From Eledone cirrhosa (lineage: Eukaryota): a DNA stretch of 64,000 bases. Position 1 is the stretch's first letter, and every line of letters starts with the position of its first letter. Location: positions 41,850,001-41,914,000 of the forward strand of contig OZ024744.1 in NCBI GenBank assembly GCA_964016885.1, given 5' to 3'. Below are positions 1 through 11,000 of the stretch, one piece after another. The notes under the pieces are model-generated. The model saw only the letters and a list, made by a program, of their open reading frames with translations, had not been told where the DNA came from and searched no databases. The translations under genes were made by a program, and so were the position numbers.

Positions 1-300
1 ATCACAGCAAAAAGTGCAAAGAAATTGTTTTACATGGTGTGACACATGCATTGAGAAGAGAACTATCACTGTGGAAAAGATAATCATCTATGTAATTTTT
101 TTTACTTAATTTTATTAGATTATATTCCATAATTATGTAAGTTGTAAATAATTGAGCACTCTTATGTGATTGAATATTATTCTGATGTAAATATGATTTT
201 AAAAAGAGAAATTATATACTTGTAACTATGTAAAGTATGTGATGTGAACAATCTGGTGTGTTTATTTTGTGGCTTAGCAATAAATTTCTCTGTCCTTGGT
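1..300 (+). mobile_element. 3' end (ORF C-terminus plus 3'UTR) of an R4/Dong-like non-LTR retrotransposon; same family as 6351-7255
   Basis: Bases ~20-75 translate to EIVLHGVTHALRRELSL, like the R4-type C-terminus (IQKxxLLGTAHILR). Bases 1-~295 are a diverged reverse complement of ~6425-6757. Confidence 0.7.
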
Positions 301-317
301 GACAGGAAGACATTCAA

Positions 318-1365
318 TGACACAGACAGATTATATGTAGCAAAAAAAAGAGGAGGAGAGAACTGATAGGCTGTGAAAACAGCATTAGAACAGAAGAAAA
401 TAACTTGGCTTGGTACATAAAACAATTCCACAGAACTGCTGTTGCTGAAAGTAAGAAGGCCAGAGATGTGCAAAATAGAAGATTGCAAAGAAAAAACACA
501 GTACAAACATTTGAAGATGGATTAAACTGAAAGTAAATGGGCAGAAAAAAGAATGTATGGACAATTCCACAAAGATGTTGAAGATAGGACAGACATAGAA
601 AAAGGTGGTTATGGATGGCTAAAAGTGATCTAAAATTGGAAACAGAAGCCTTAATCTGTGCTGTTCAAGAAAAACCACGAAGAACCAACTATGTCAAACA
701 TAGAGTAGACCACACAGCAGAAAGTGATAACTGTAGTATTTTTGGCATGAATGGAGAAACTGTATGGTATATTACCAGTCAATATATACACCATTAGCTA
801 TGAAAGAATATAAGAGACATCACGATAACATAGCAAGGATAGTCCATTGAGCACTTTGTGGCAAATATGCACTTGACAGAACAGAAAAGTGAGAGTGTTA
901 TAGAAAATGATAATGCAAAGATCCTGTAGGACTTTGAGATACAGTGTGACCATGAGACAGAGCATAGGAGACCAGATATTGCATTAGTTGAAAAAGAAAG
1001 CAAACAGTGTTGAATCATAGATATAGCTTGTCCAGCTGATAACAAGGTATGTGATAAAGAAGGGGAAAAAGTCGATAGATATGACAGATTAGCTTGGGAG
1101 ATTAAGCAGTTGTGGTCACTGAAAAAGGTGATGGTAATACCAATAATAGTTGGAATCTTGTTTTGGGAATAGTGAGTAGAGATCTTGAGAAGTACATCAA
1201 ACAAATAGGGATTACAATAAAAATCAGCATTGCTTGGAACAGCTTGAATACTCCAGAGGGTACTAAAAAAAATAAAGGGTATTACCTCAGTTCACTGGTA
1301 GTGAACAGCTAACACTGTAATACATTTTCAGCATTAGAAGCTGAGTGAAGAAACAATAATAATAA
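318..1365 (+). mobile_element. R4/Dong-clade non-LTR retrotransposon, 5'-truncated pseudogene (post-RT region, decayed CCHC knuckle, PD-(D/E)xK restriction-like endonuclease, (AAT)n tail)
   Basis: Translation across stops and frameshifts gives DRLYVAKKRGG, ETEALICAVQE..RTNY, EYKRHHDNIARIVH, KIL*DFEIQCD..RRPDIALVEK..IIDIACP, EKVDRYDRLAWEIKQLW..VIPIIVG. Ends in AATAATAATAAT at ~1355-1365. Confidence 0.85.
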
Positions 1366-1549
1366 TTGTTTCTACTTTAGGCACAAGGTCAGCAATTACC
1401 CAGTGCATCACTGGTACTTTATTTTATCGACCCCGTAAGGATGAAAGGCAAAGTCAACCTCGGCGGGATTTGAACTCAGATCATAAAGGGACGTAACTAT
1501 GCTGGAAAGCATGGCGTACGACCCTCTAACGATACTGCCAATCCACCAC
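1366..1549 (-). mobile_element. tRNA-derived SINE, near full length
   Basis: Minus strand carries an A-box-like TGGCAGTATCGTT and a B-box GAGTTCAAATCC (1467-1478). Body CCGAGGTTGACTTTGCCTTTCATCC..GTCGATAAAATAAAGTACCAG; tail CCTTGTGCCTAAAGTAGAAACAA(TTA)n. Five copies occur in the window. Confidence 0.85.
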
Positions 1550-1574
1550 ATAATCGATAACCAGAGAAGTGAAT

Positions 1575-3516
1575 TGTCGAAGAATTATCCAGGGGTGTGA
1601 ATGTAAAAACTAGAAAAGCAAGAAGAGTTAAAAGAAAATACAAGATCATCACAGATAAGGAGAATCTATTGAGAAAAATAATAGACTGTATTTTATTTAG
1701 TGGAAACTTTGAAACTCCCTTACATGGTGAAAAAGATGATTCAGTAAATCCAGGGGTATTTAGAGGATTAATAAATGTTGCATCTGAATTAGATCTATAT
1801 TTGAAGAATCACTTAGAAACTAATAAGGTCTTTAAAGGTATTTCTAAGACTATTTAGAATGAGATACTTGACTGCCTGCTACATGAGGAGGTAAGGAGAG
1901 AAGCTTCGTTTGTAGCCATCATGGCTGATGACACAACAGATTTGAATGTCTTACGAGGATTCTTTATTCCAGAAAAATCAAACTGCAGATGACATATCAA
2001 AACGTATTCTAGAATAATTAGACATAATCCTTGAAAGAAATGTACAAAAAACTGATAGCTCAGACATTTGATGATGCAAATGTCACGAAAGGCAAAAAGC
2101 AGGAGTTTGAAACAAAAATAAAAGCAGTTTACAGTAATGCACATTTAATTCACTGTTATATACATCAACTTAATTTAGTAATGAGAAATGCAGCAAGTAT
2201 TACATGAACCACAAGAATATTTTTCTCTAACATTTTGTCTATTCCAACATTCTTCTCAAGATCACCACAACATGTATCCATTCTCAAGAAGCATATGGAT
2301 GTCAGCATTCCATATCTATCCTCTACAAGGTGGAGCTTTAACATACGGACCATGAACAGTTCATGGAAATTTGCAACCTTTAAAAGTTGCCTTACTGAAA
2401 TTCAGTCAACATCAAATGTAGATCAAACCATTTCAGAAGCAACAGGAATTTTAAAATACCTGAATTATGATAATTTCATATTTTAGTTAGAGCTTTTTCA
2501 TCAGATTATGCCTCATAATTGAAGTAATTTACAACCAAATGAAATCTTGAGAAATTAGTGTGTATAAAGTCAATGAATATATAACAGATTTGAAAACTAC
2601 TATTTTAGAAATAAGAAATTACTGTGAGAATCCTTCAAAGACACTCATGGCAGAAACAAAGGAAGTGTGTGACTGCATATGTGTTATATAATTATTTCTA
2701 CTTTTGGCACAAGGCCGACAATTATCCCAGTGCATTACTGGTACTTTATTTTATCGACCTCATAAGGATGAAAGGCAAAGTTAACCTTGGCGGGATTTGA
2801 ACTCAGACCACAAAGGGCAGTAACTCTTTGTTGCAAAGCATGGCGTCCGACCCTCTACCGATACTGCCAATCGACCACCCTATGTGTTGATATAATGGGC
2901 ACTTAGTAGCTGATAAATTATTCAACAAGAAAGCTTCATAGTTTTAAGAATTAACTGCCTACAGAATAGATAGTATTGACTACTGAAGCATATCCCATGA
3001 TTGACAAAGAAAAGCTTGAAACTGAACTCAAACTATTTTATTGTATTAATAGATCAGAGCTGCTGAAATTTATCTTGGAAAATAATCTAGATTGTGTTCT
3101 TACTGAAATTATGAAACAGATAAACATCCTCTTGACAATTCTCATGACTACATCAGAGCCAGAAAACTTCTTTTCAGAATAAAAAGAATAACATTTTTTG
3201 GGGGGAACACTGTGAATCCTGAAAAACTGAATACACTTGTAATACTTTCAATGGAGACAAATTTCCTCAACAGTCATCCAGGGATCAAGGAGAAAATTGT
3301 TAACTTTTTCGCTCAAAGTAAACAATACGACGGATTACATTTATAAATAAATCGACCAAGCTTGAACTGTAACAATTTATTAATAACACAAAAATATTTT
3401 TTTCATTTAGGATTTTATCAAGTTTAGTATAAATTTTCATTTTATGTTTGTTTCATTTTACACAGTATTAAACCAATGGCAGCACCCACACTAAGTTTAG
3501 ACATGAGCTGCCACTG
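1575..3516 (+). mobile_element. hAT-superfamily DNA transposon relic (ZMYM1/DUF4371-type transposase pseudogene) with right TIR; interrupted by a SINE
   Basis: Motifs NPGVFRGL, FKGISKTI*NEILDC, FVAIMADDTTD, QTFDDAN, HLIHCYIHQLNLV (CxxH), STRWSF, and dimerisation-domain LLTILMTTSEPE..FS, with many stops and frameshifts. Terminal GAGCTGCCACTG (3505-3516) reads CAGTGGCAGCTC on the minus strand, a hAT-like TIR. No left TIR was found. Confidence 0.8.
2691..2880 (-). mobile_element. tRNA-derived SINE inserted in the hAT relic, with TSD
   Basis: Same family as 1366-1549. Flanked by TATGTGTTATATAAT (2678-2692) and TATGTGTTGATATAAT (2881-2896). Confidence 0.88.
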
Positions 3517-3794
3517 CTCTTTAATATTTCTTTTTATCTCCTCCTCCTACTCCTACTTTTTTATATTTTCTCTTTTTAAAAAAAAAAATGTTATTTACCT
3601 ATCAACTTTTGTTATGTGACTTAAGTGAATGTAAGGAAGTAACAAAATGAAAAGAATAAACAAAAGGAAAGAAAAAAGCTATTGAAAATTGTGAAAACCA
3701 ACGATATCTGCCCTAAGTATATGGTTGATACTCGGTAGTCCTTGCAGATAAAGCGAAATCAAAGGAAAATATAATAATAATTATATATATATAT

Positions 3795-4090
3795 CTTCCA
3801 AGGAAATGGAGAAAATCTCCAAAATTAAAGGTATAGAGATAGAAATAATTCAAATGCAGAAAATGAAAACTAAAACAATACCTATAATAATAGGTGCTCT
3901 AGGAATTTATATATATATATACAACATACAAAAGATAGCACTACTAGGCACTGCACATATATTACGAAAAGTACTATCAATACAATAGAAACAACATCAG
4001 TAGAAACTACACTACTCATACCCAAGGTGCTCAGAGCTGTGCTCGGTAAAGCAGTAATACTGCGCAATAAAATAATAATAATAATAATAA
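3795..4090 (+). mobile_element. Short 3' fragment of an R4/Dong-like element with (AAT)n tail
   Basis: ORF 3806-3988 reads EKISK..EI..KTIPIIIGALG..NIQKIALLGTAHILRKVLSIQ*, the typical REL C-terminus. A 3'UTR and ~7 AAT units follow. Confidence 0.8.
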
Positions 4091-4141
4091 TTGTTTCTAC
4101 TTTTGACACAAGGCCAGCAATTATTCCAGTGCATTACTGGT
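4091..4141 (-). mobile_element. SINE 3' fragment (5'-truncated)
   Basis: TTGTTTCTACTTTTGACACAAGGCCAGCAATTATTCCAGTGCATTACTGGT matches the tail of the other SINE copies. Confidence 0.8.
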
Positions 4142-4149
4142 GCTTTAGT

Positions 4150-5253
4150 TCATCCCATACCTTGAGGCGAGGAAACTTCACCAATGCAACAATATCCTCA
4201 AAGCAACCGCAAATGTGGTAAAAAAATTTGTTGGTATAAAAACGAGAGGAAACAACAAACAAGAAAGATCAGAACCTTGGTGGAAGAAACGACTGAATGG
4301 TCAAATCAAGGAAATGAGAAAAGACATTGGAAAGCTTGAGTCTTTGCTGAATGGGACATTACAAAACATAGACACTAAAGATAGATTGAAAATAAAATAC
4401 AACACTAGGGTAAAAGAGCTAAATATTACCATAGAGGAGCTGAAGCTAGGCATAGTAGCAAAAAGAGCAAAGATTAGGCGATATGAGAACAGAGTTAGTC
4501 AGTATAGAGAGGACCGCATGTTTGACAACAACCAGATGTTATTTGGAGTGTTTGAAGGGAAAGAAAGAGGTGCGATGTGATCCCTGAGGCTGAACAGATT
4601 AAGACATTCTGGAGAGGAATATGGGAGCAGGATGTTGAAAATAATAGTCAGGCAGTGTGGAATAAGACACTTCAAGAGGAGATTAGTGAACAAGCACACC
4701 AACAACCTGATTTGAGTATCACAGTTGAAACTCTTAAAGGGCAGGCCAAAAAACTAACCAACTGGAAATCACTAGGCCCAGACGGCGTTCAAGGATATTG
4801 GTTAAAAAATATAACATCCCTCCACCCAAAACTGACAGCCATGTTCAATGACTGCTTGATGTTGGTTGAAGTACCAGAGTGGTTGACAAAAGCTTTTGAC
4901 AAGGAAAAAAGATAGTGCCTGATTGTAGATGTAGCCTGCCCATTTGACACGAGAGTGCAAGAGTAGGAGAGGGAGAAAATTAACCGATACCAGGATTTAA
5001 AGTGGGAGCACCAGGTCATAGGAGCACTAGGTACTATCTCAAGGAGTTTCCAAGGATGGTTAAAGAAGATTAATCCAGCCCCGTTTTTTGGAACACTTCA
5101 AAAGGCATGCTTGCTGGGAACAGCAATAACCCTCCAATACGTCCTGAATATCTGAGGCTGCAGGTAGCGACTTGATATTCATTTCAACAAACTTTCCAGT
5201 TAAATAACATCAATGACTGACTCTCAAAGAACAATAATGATAATAATAATAAT
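4150..5253 (+). mobile_element. R4/Dong-like element with the RT core internally deleted
   Basis: Pre-RT region PWWKKRL..IRRYENRVSQYREDRMFDNNQ, FWRGIWE, NWKSLGPDGVQGYWLK..PEWLTK joins directly to REL motifs DKEKR*CLIVDVACPFD..EKINRYQDL..VIGALG..LQKACLLGTA. (AAT)n tail at ~5232-5253. Confidence 0.82.
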
Positions 5254-5525
5254 GTTTTCTTTATTGACCACAAAGGGTTTACATAAAAATACATTAACGG
5301 CAGCGCAGGATGGTACAATGTGGGTTTCTGTGTGTAAAACTGAGTATAATACAGAAACAAAGGATGTAACAAAACAGTAGAAACAGAAAAATGAGCAAGC
5401 CTATTCACTCGGGCCATTCTCGCCACTTTCCACCACCTTTCAACAAATTGTTTTGAAAGCAGAATTTCTTTCACCCTGATTTTACTCTTCAAGTGAAACC
5501 TGAAGCTAATCAGGGTGTTGCTGAA
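5254..5525 (-). mobile_element. 3' fragment of a Tx1/L1-like LINE related to 49458-52571
   Basis: Minus translation FVERWWKVARMARVN matches FYERWVKVARMARVN at the ORF2 C-terminus of the 49.8-kb element; the 3' terminus is similar. Confidence 0.8.
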
Positions 5526-5938
5526 CAAGAAGTTAATCAGGGTGTTGCTGATGTTATAATAATAAATAACATTTTCAAAAATACGTAAGTGAAAACAAAA
5601 CAGTGCAATCAAATTTTTGCAAAAAAATGTGTATATTTTTTACTAATTATAGTGTATATATACTGTACATATTACTGGTGGTATACAGTAATACTAAATG
5701 TTAATACAGAATGTTATGATTGAATTTTTAAATAATTGTGAATGTATAGTATACTGTTATTTAGAGTAGAGTATACAAGTGACCGTTGTTACCTTCTCCA
5801 GTAAAAAGTATACACATCCAGAGACTTTTAATAATGACTTTTGGTCTTTCACACTCACCCAATATATATCTATATATATATGAACATAGAATATAGATTA
5901 TGAAACATATGAATTATGAACAGCATGATGTGAAAAGG

Positions 5939-6049
5939 TATAGGGAATGAGGCAAGAAATGTGGAAGCATGGGAAGTCTTAAAAGACATATGAAAACGCA
6001 ATCAGAACCAAGCAGTGGAAAATCCCAGAGGTTTTGTTGCCCTGCATGC
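5939..6049 (+). pseudogene. Decayed C2H2 zinc-finger fragment
   Basis: Reads YRE*GKKCGSMGSLKRHMKTQ..RFCCPAC. Three single-base changes (TAT, TGA, CAA) restore C-x2-C-x12-H-x3-H. Confidence 0.4.
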
Positions 6050-6350
6050 ATCTCGGACATTATTATTTTTGGCTGTTCTGTTCTGTAGGTGCATATGGGG
6101 AGAGGAGCATTTGCCTCCATTTCTAAAAAGAAAAAAAAATGAGGAAATGCAAATTTCGAATATAAAAAAATAAAGTATTTCGGCTAAAGGACTAAATATG
6201 GTGTATCACTTCTTGAGGACAAAAGTTGATGCCTTATATTCTCTTTGAAACAAGAATTATTTCAAAACAAGCATTTAAAACAAGTAGAAAACAACAAACT
6301 TATGAGAGCGATTCACTTGTCACTCAGCATATACACCTTATCACTCAGCA

Positions 6351-7255
6351 ATTATTATTATTATTTGTGTTTTTCCTCTTCCTTAAGTTTTGCTCCATTT
6401 CTTGCCATGTGTCATCCCAACACCTAGAGCAGAGAAACTCACTACATACATTGATAAGCTACAAAATAAACACACCAGATTGTTCATGTCGCACACTTTA
6501 CACAGTTACAAGTATATCATCTGCTTTATACATGTACACATCTATTTAAAATCATATTTACAACAGAATGATATTCAATCATACTAGAGTTCTCAATTAT
6601 CTACAACTTACATAATAATGGAATCTAATCTAATAAAATTATGTAAAATTAAAAAAATGTTATATTACATAGATGACTATCTTTCTCACAGCAATAGTGC
6701 TCTTCTCAAAACATGTGCCACACCAGGTAAAACAATATTTTCAATTCTTGCAGTGATGGGTAGGTCAGAGATCATTCTAAAATCTTCCTTTTTTTAATCA
6801 TTCCCAGTGCTCCTACAATGATTGGTATTGTAACTACCTTCAGATGCCACATTTTCTCTATATTTTATTTTAGCAAATTCTTCTACTGCAATATTGTGTT
6901 CACATGGGGGGTTCATATTAATCACACATACTTTGTTATTTTGGTCTTTTATAATAATATCCAATCTGTTATCTTTAATGGTTCTGTTTGTATGTACAGG
7001 AAAGTCCCAAAGAATGGCTACTTTTTCTCCCCTAGTTATAGCCTCAGGGTAATGCTTGTACCACGTGTCAGCAGTTTTGATTTCATAATGCCGATATATT
7101 AACCCAGTTTAGATATCGGCCAACTCTGTCATGCCTTGTTGATTTATATTCTATGCTGCTAAGATAGAGAAAAAGTGGTCCACTGTTTCAATCGTAACAT
7201 TGCAGAATCAGCACTTTGGATCCTCTACATTTCTCATCAAATTCTTATCGTTGTT
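6351..7255 (-). mobile_element. R4/Dong-like element, 5'-truncated pseudogene with ~330-bp 3'UTR and (AAT)n tail
   Basis: Minus translation gives PKC*FCNVTIETVDH, WYKHYPEAI..AILWDFPVHTNRTIKDNRLDIIIKD, MWHLKVVTIPIIVGALG, IVLPGVAHVLRRAL. The tail appears as ATTATTATTATT at 6351-6365 on the plus strand. Confidence 0.82.
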
Positions 7256-7260
7256 CAGAT

Positions 7261-8030
7261 TGATCTAATACTCTTATCTAATCTCATGAAACTTATCTAA
7301 AACCCTTATCTAATACTCATGAGATTATCTAATACCCTTATCTAATACTCATGGGACTTATCTAATACCCTTATCTAATACTCATGAGACTGATCTAATA
7401 CTCTTATCTAATACTCATGAGACTTATCTAATACCCTTATCTAATACTCACGAGACTTATCTAATACCCTTATCTAATACTCATGAGACTGATCTAATAC
7501 CCTTATCTAATACTCATGAGACTTATCTAATACCCTTATCTAATACTCATGAGACTTATCTAATACCCTTATCTAATACTCATGAGACTTATCTAATACC
7601 CTTATCTAATACTCATGAGACTGATCTAATACCCTTATCAAATACTCATGAGACTTATCTAATACCCTTATCTAATACTCATGAGACTTATCTAATACCC
7701 TCATCTAATACTCATGAGACTGATCTAATACCCTTATCTAATACCCATGAGACTTATCTAATACCCTTATCTAATACTCATGAGACTGATCTAATACCCT
7801 TATCTAATACTCATGAGACTGATCTAATACCCTTATCTAATACTCATGAGACTTATCTAATACCCTTATCTAATACTCATGAGACTTATCTAATACCCTT
7901 ATCTAATAGTCATGAGACTTATCTAATACCTTTATCTAATACTCATGAGACTGATCTAATACCCTTATCTAATACTGATGAGACTTATCTAATACCCTTA
8001 TCTAATACTCATGAGACTCATCTAATACTC
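7261..8030 (-). repeat. 33-bp satellite, inverted sub-array (~23 units)
   Basis: Tandem ATGAGACTTATCTAATACCCTTATCTAATACTC, the reverse complement of the main array unit. Confidence 0.97.
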
Positions 8031-11000
8031 TCATGAGTATTAGATAAGGGTATTAGATGAGTCTCATGAGTATTCGATGAGGGTAGTAGATAAATCTCAT
8101 GAGTATCAGATAAGGGTTTAAGATAAGTCTCATGAGTATTAGATAAGGGTATTAGATAAGTCTCATGAGTATTAGATAAGGGTATTAGATCAGTCTCATG
8201 ACTATTAGATAAGGGTATTAGATAAGTCTCATGCGTATTAGATAAGGGTTCTTAGATCAGTCTCATGAGTATTAGATAAGGGTATTAGATAAGTCTCATG
8301 CGTATTAGATAAGGGTATTAGATCAGTCTGATGAGTATTAGATAAGGGTATTAGATAAGTCTCATGAGTATTAGATAAGGGTATTAGATAAGTCTCACTA
8401 ATATTAGATAAGGGTATTAGATAAGTCTCATGACTATTAGATAAGGGTATTAGATCAGTCTGATGAGCATTAGATAAGGGTATTAGATAAGTCTCATGAG
8501 TATTAGATAAGGGTATTAGATCAGTCTGATGAGTATTAGATAAGGGTATTAGATAAGTCTCATGAGTATTATATGAGGGTATTAGATAAATCTCATGAGT
8601 ATTAGATAAGGGTATTAGATAAGTCTCATGAGTATTACATAAGGGTATTAGATAAGTCTCATGAGTATTAGATAAGGGTATTAGATAAGTCTCATGGGTA
8701 TTAGATAAGGGTATTAGATAAGTCTCATGCTTATTAGATAAGGGTTTTAGATCAGTCACATGAGTATTAGATAAGGGTTTTAGATCAGTCTCATGAGTAT
8801 TAGATAAGGGTATTAGATCAGTCTCATGAGTATTAGATAAGGGTATTAGATAAGTCTCATGTGTATTAGATAATGGTATTAGATCAGTCTCATGAGTATT
8901 AGATAAGGGTATTAGATAAGTCTCATGAGTATTAGATAAGGGTATTAGATCAGTCTCATGAGTATTAGATGAGGGTATTAGATAAGTCTCATGAGTATTA
9001 GATTAGGGTATTAGATAAATCACATGAGTATAAGATAAGGGTATTAGATAAGTCTCATGAGTATTTGATAAGGGTATTAGATCAGTCTCATGAGTATTAG
9101 ATAAGGGTGTTAGATCAGTCTCATGAATATTAGATAAGGGTATTAGATAAGTCTGATGAGTATTAGATTAGGGTATTAGATAAGTCTCATGAGTATTAGA
9201 TGAGGGTATTAGATAAATCACATGAGTATAAGATAAGGGTATTAGATAAGTCTCATGAGTATTTGATAAGGGTATTAGAGCAGTCTCATGAGTATTAGAT
9301 TAGGGTATTAGATAAGTCTCAAGAGTATTAGATAAGGGTGTTAGATCAGTCTCATGACTATTAGATAAGGGTATTAGATAAGTCTCATGAGTATTAGATT
9401 AGGGTATTAGATAAGTCTCATGAGTATTAGATTAGGGTATTATATAAATCACATGAGTATAAGATAAGGGTATTAGATAAGTCTCATGAGTATTTGATAA
9501 GGGTATTAGATCAGTCTCATGAGTATTAGATAAGGGTGTTAGATCAGTCTCATGAGTATTAGATAAGGGTATTAGATAAGTCTGATGAGTATTAGATTAG
9601 GGTATTAGATAAGTCTCAAGAGTATTAGATAAGGGTATTAGATCAGACTCATGAGTATTAGATAAGGGTATTAGATAAGGGTATTAGATAATAGTATTAG
9701 ATTAGTTTCATGAGTATTAGATAAGGGTATTAGAGAAGTCTCATGAGTATTAGATAAGGGTATTAGATCAGTCTCATGAGTATTAGATAAGGGTATTAGA
9801 TAAGTCTCATGAGTATTAGATAAGGGTATTAGATCAGACTCATGAGTATTAGATAAGGGTATTAGATAAGGGTATTAGATAATAGTATTAGATTAGTTTC
9901 ATGAGTATTAGATAAGGGTATTAGAGAAGTCTCATGAGTATTAGATAAGGGTATTAGATCAGTCTCATGAGTATTAGATAAGGGTATTAGATAAGGGTAT
10001 GAGATAAGAGTATTAGATAAGCCTCATGAATATTAGATAAGGGTATTAGATCAGTCTCATGAGCATTAGATAAGGGTATTAGATCAATCTCATGAGTATT
10101 AGATAAGGGTATTAGATACGTCTCATGAATATTAGATAAGGGTATTAGATCAGTCTCATGAGTATTCGATGAGGGTATTAGATAAATCTCATGAGTATCA
10201 GATAAGGGTATTAGATAAGTCTCATGAGTATTAGATTAGGGTATTAGATAAGTCTCATGAGTATTAGATGAGGGTATTAGATAAATCACATGAGTATAAG
10301 ATAAGGGTATTAGATTAGTCTGATGAGTATTAGATAAGGGTAGTAGATCAGTCTCATGAGTATTAGATAAGTCTCATGAGTATTAGATAAGGGTATTAGA
10401 TGAGTCTCATGTGTATTAGATAAGACTATTAGATCAGTCTCATGAGAATTAGATAAGGGTATTAGATAATTCCCATGAGTATTAGATAAGGGTAGTAGAT
10501 AAGTCTCATGAGTATTAGATAAGGGTATTAGATAAGTCTCATGAGTATTATATGAGGGTATTAGATGAATCTCATGAGTATTAGATTAGGGTATTAGATA
10601 AGTCTCATGAGTATTAGATAAGGGTATTAGATAATTCCCATGAGTATTAGATAAGGGTATTAGATAAGTCTCATGAGTATTAGATAAGGGTATTAGATAA
10701 GTCTCATGAGTATTAGATAAGGGTATTAGATAAGTCTCATGAGTATAAGATAAGGGTATTAGATCAGTCTTATGAGTATTAGATAAGGGTATTAGATATG
10801 TCTCACTAATATTAGATAAGGGTATTAGATCAGTCTCATGACTATTGGATAATGGTATTAGATCAGTCTCATGAGAATTAGATAAGGGTATTAGATAATT
10901 CCCATGAGTATTAGATAAGGGTAGTAGATAAGTCTCATGAGTATTATATGAGGGTATTAGATAAATCTCATGAGTATTAATTAAGGGTATTAGATAAGTC

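Noticed and set aside
1366-1549. tRNA genes at SINE heads
   Set aside because: A- and B-box-like motifs are present but there is no cloverleaf; they are part of a dispersed repeat with TSDs.
1-6757. 1-300 and ~6425-6757 as TIRs of one large DNA transposon
   Set aside because: Both are 3' ends of the same R4-like retrotransposon family in opposite orientation, and they are diverged.
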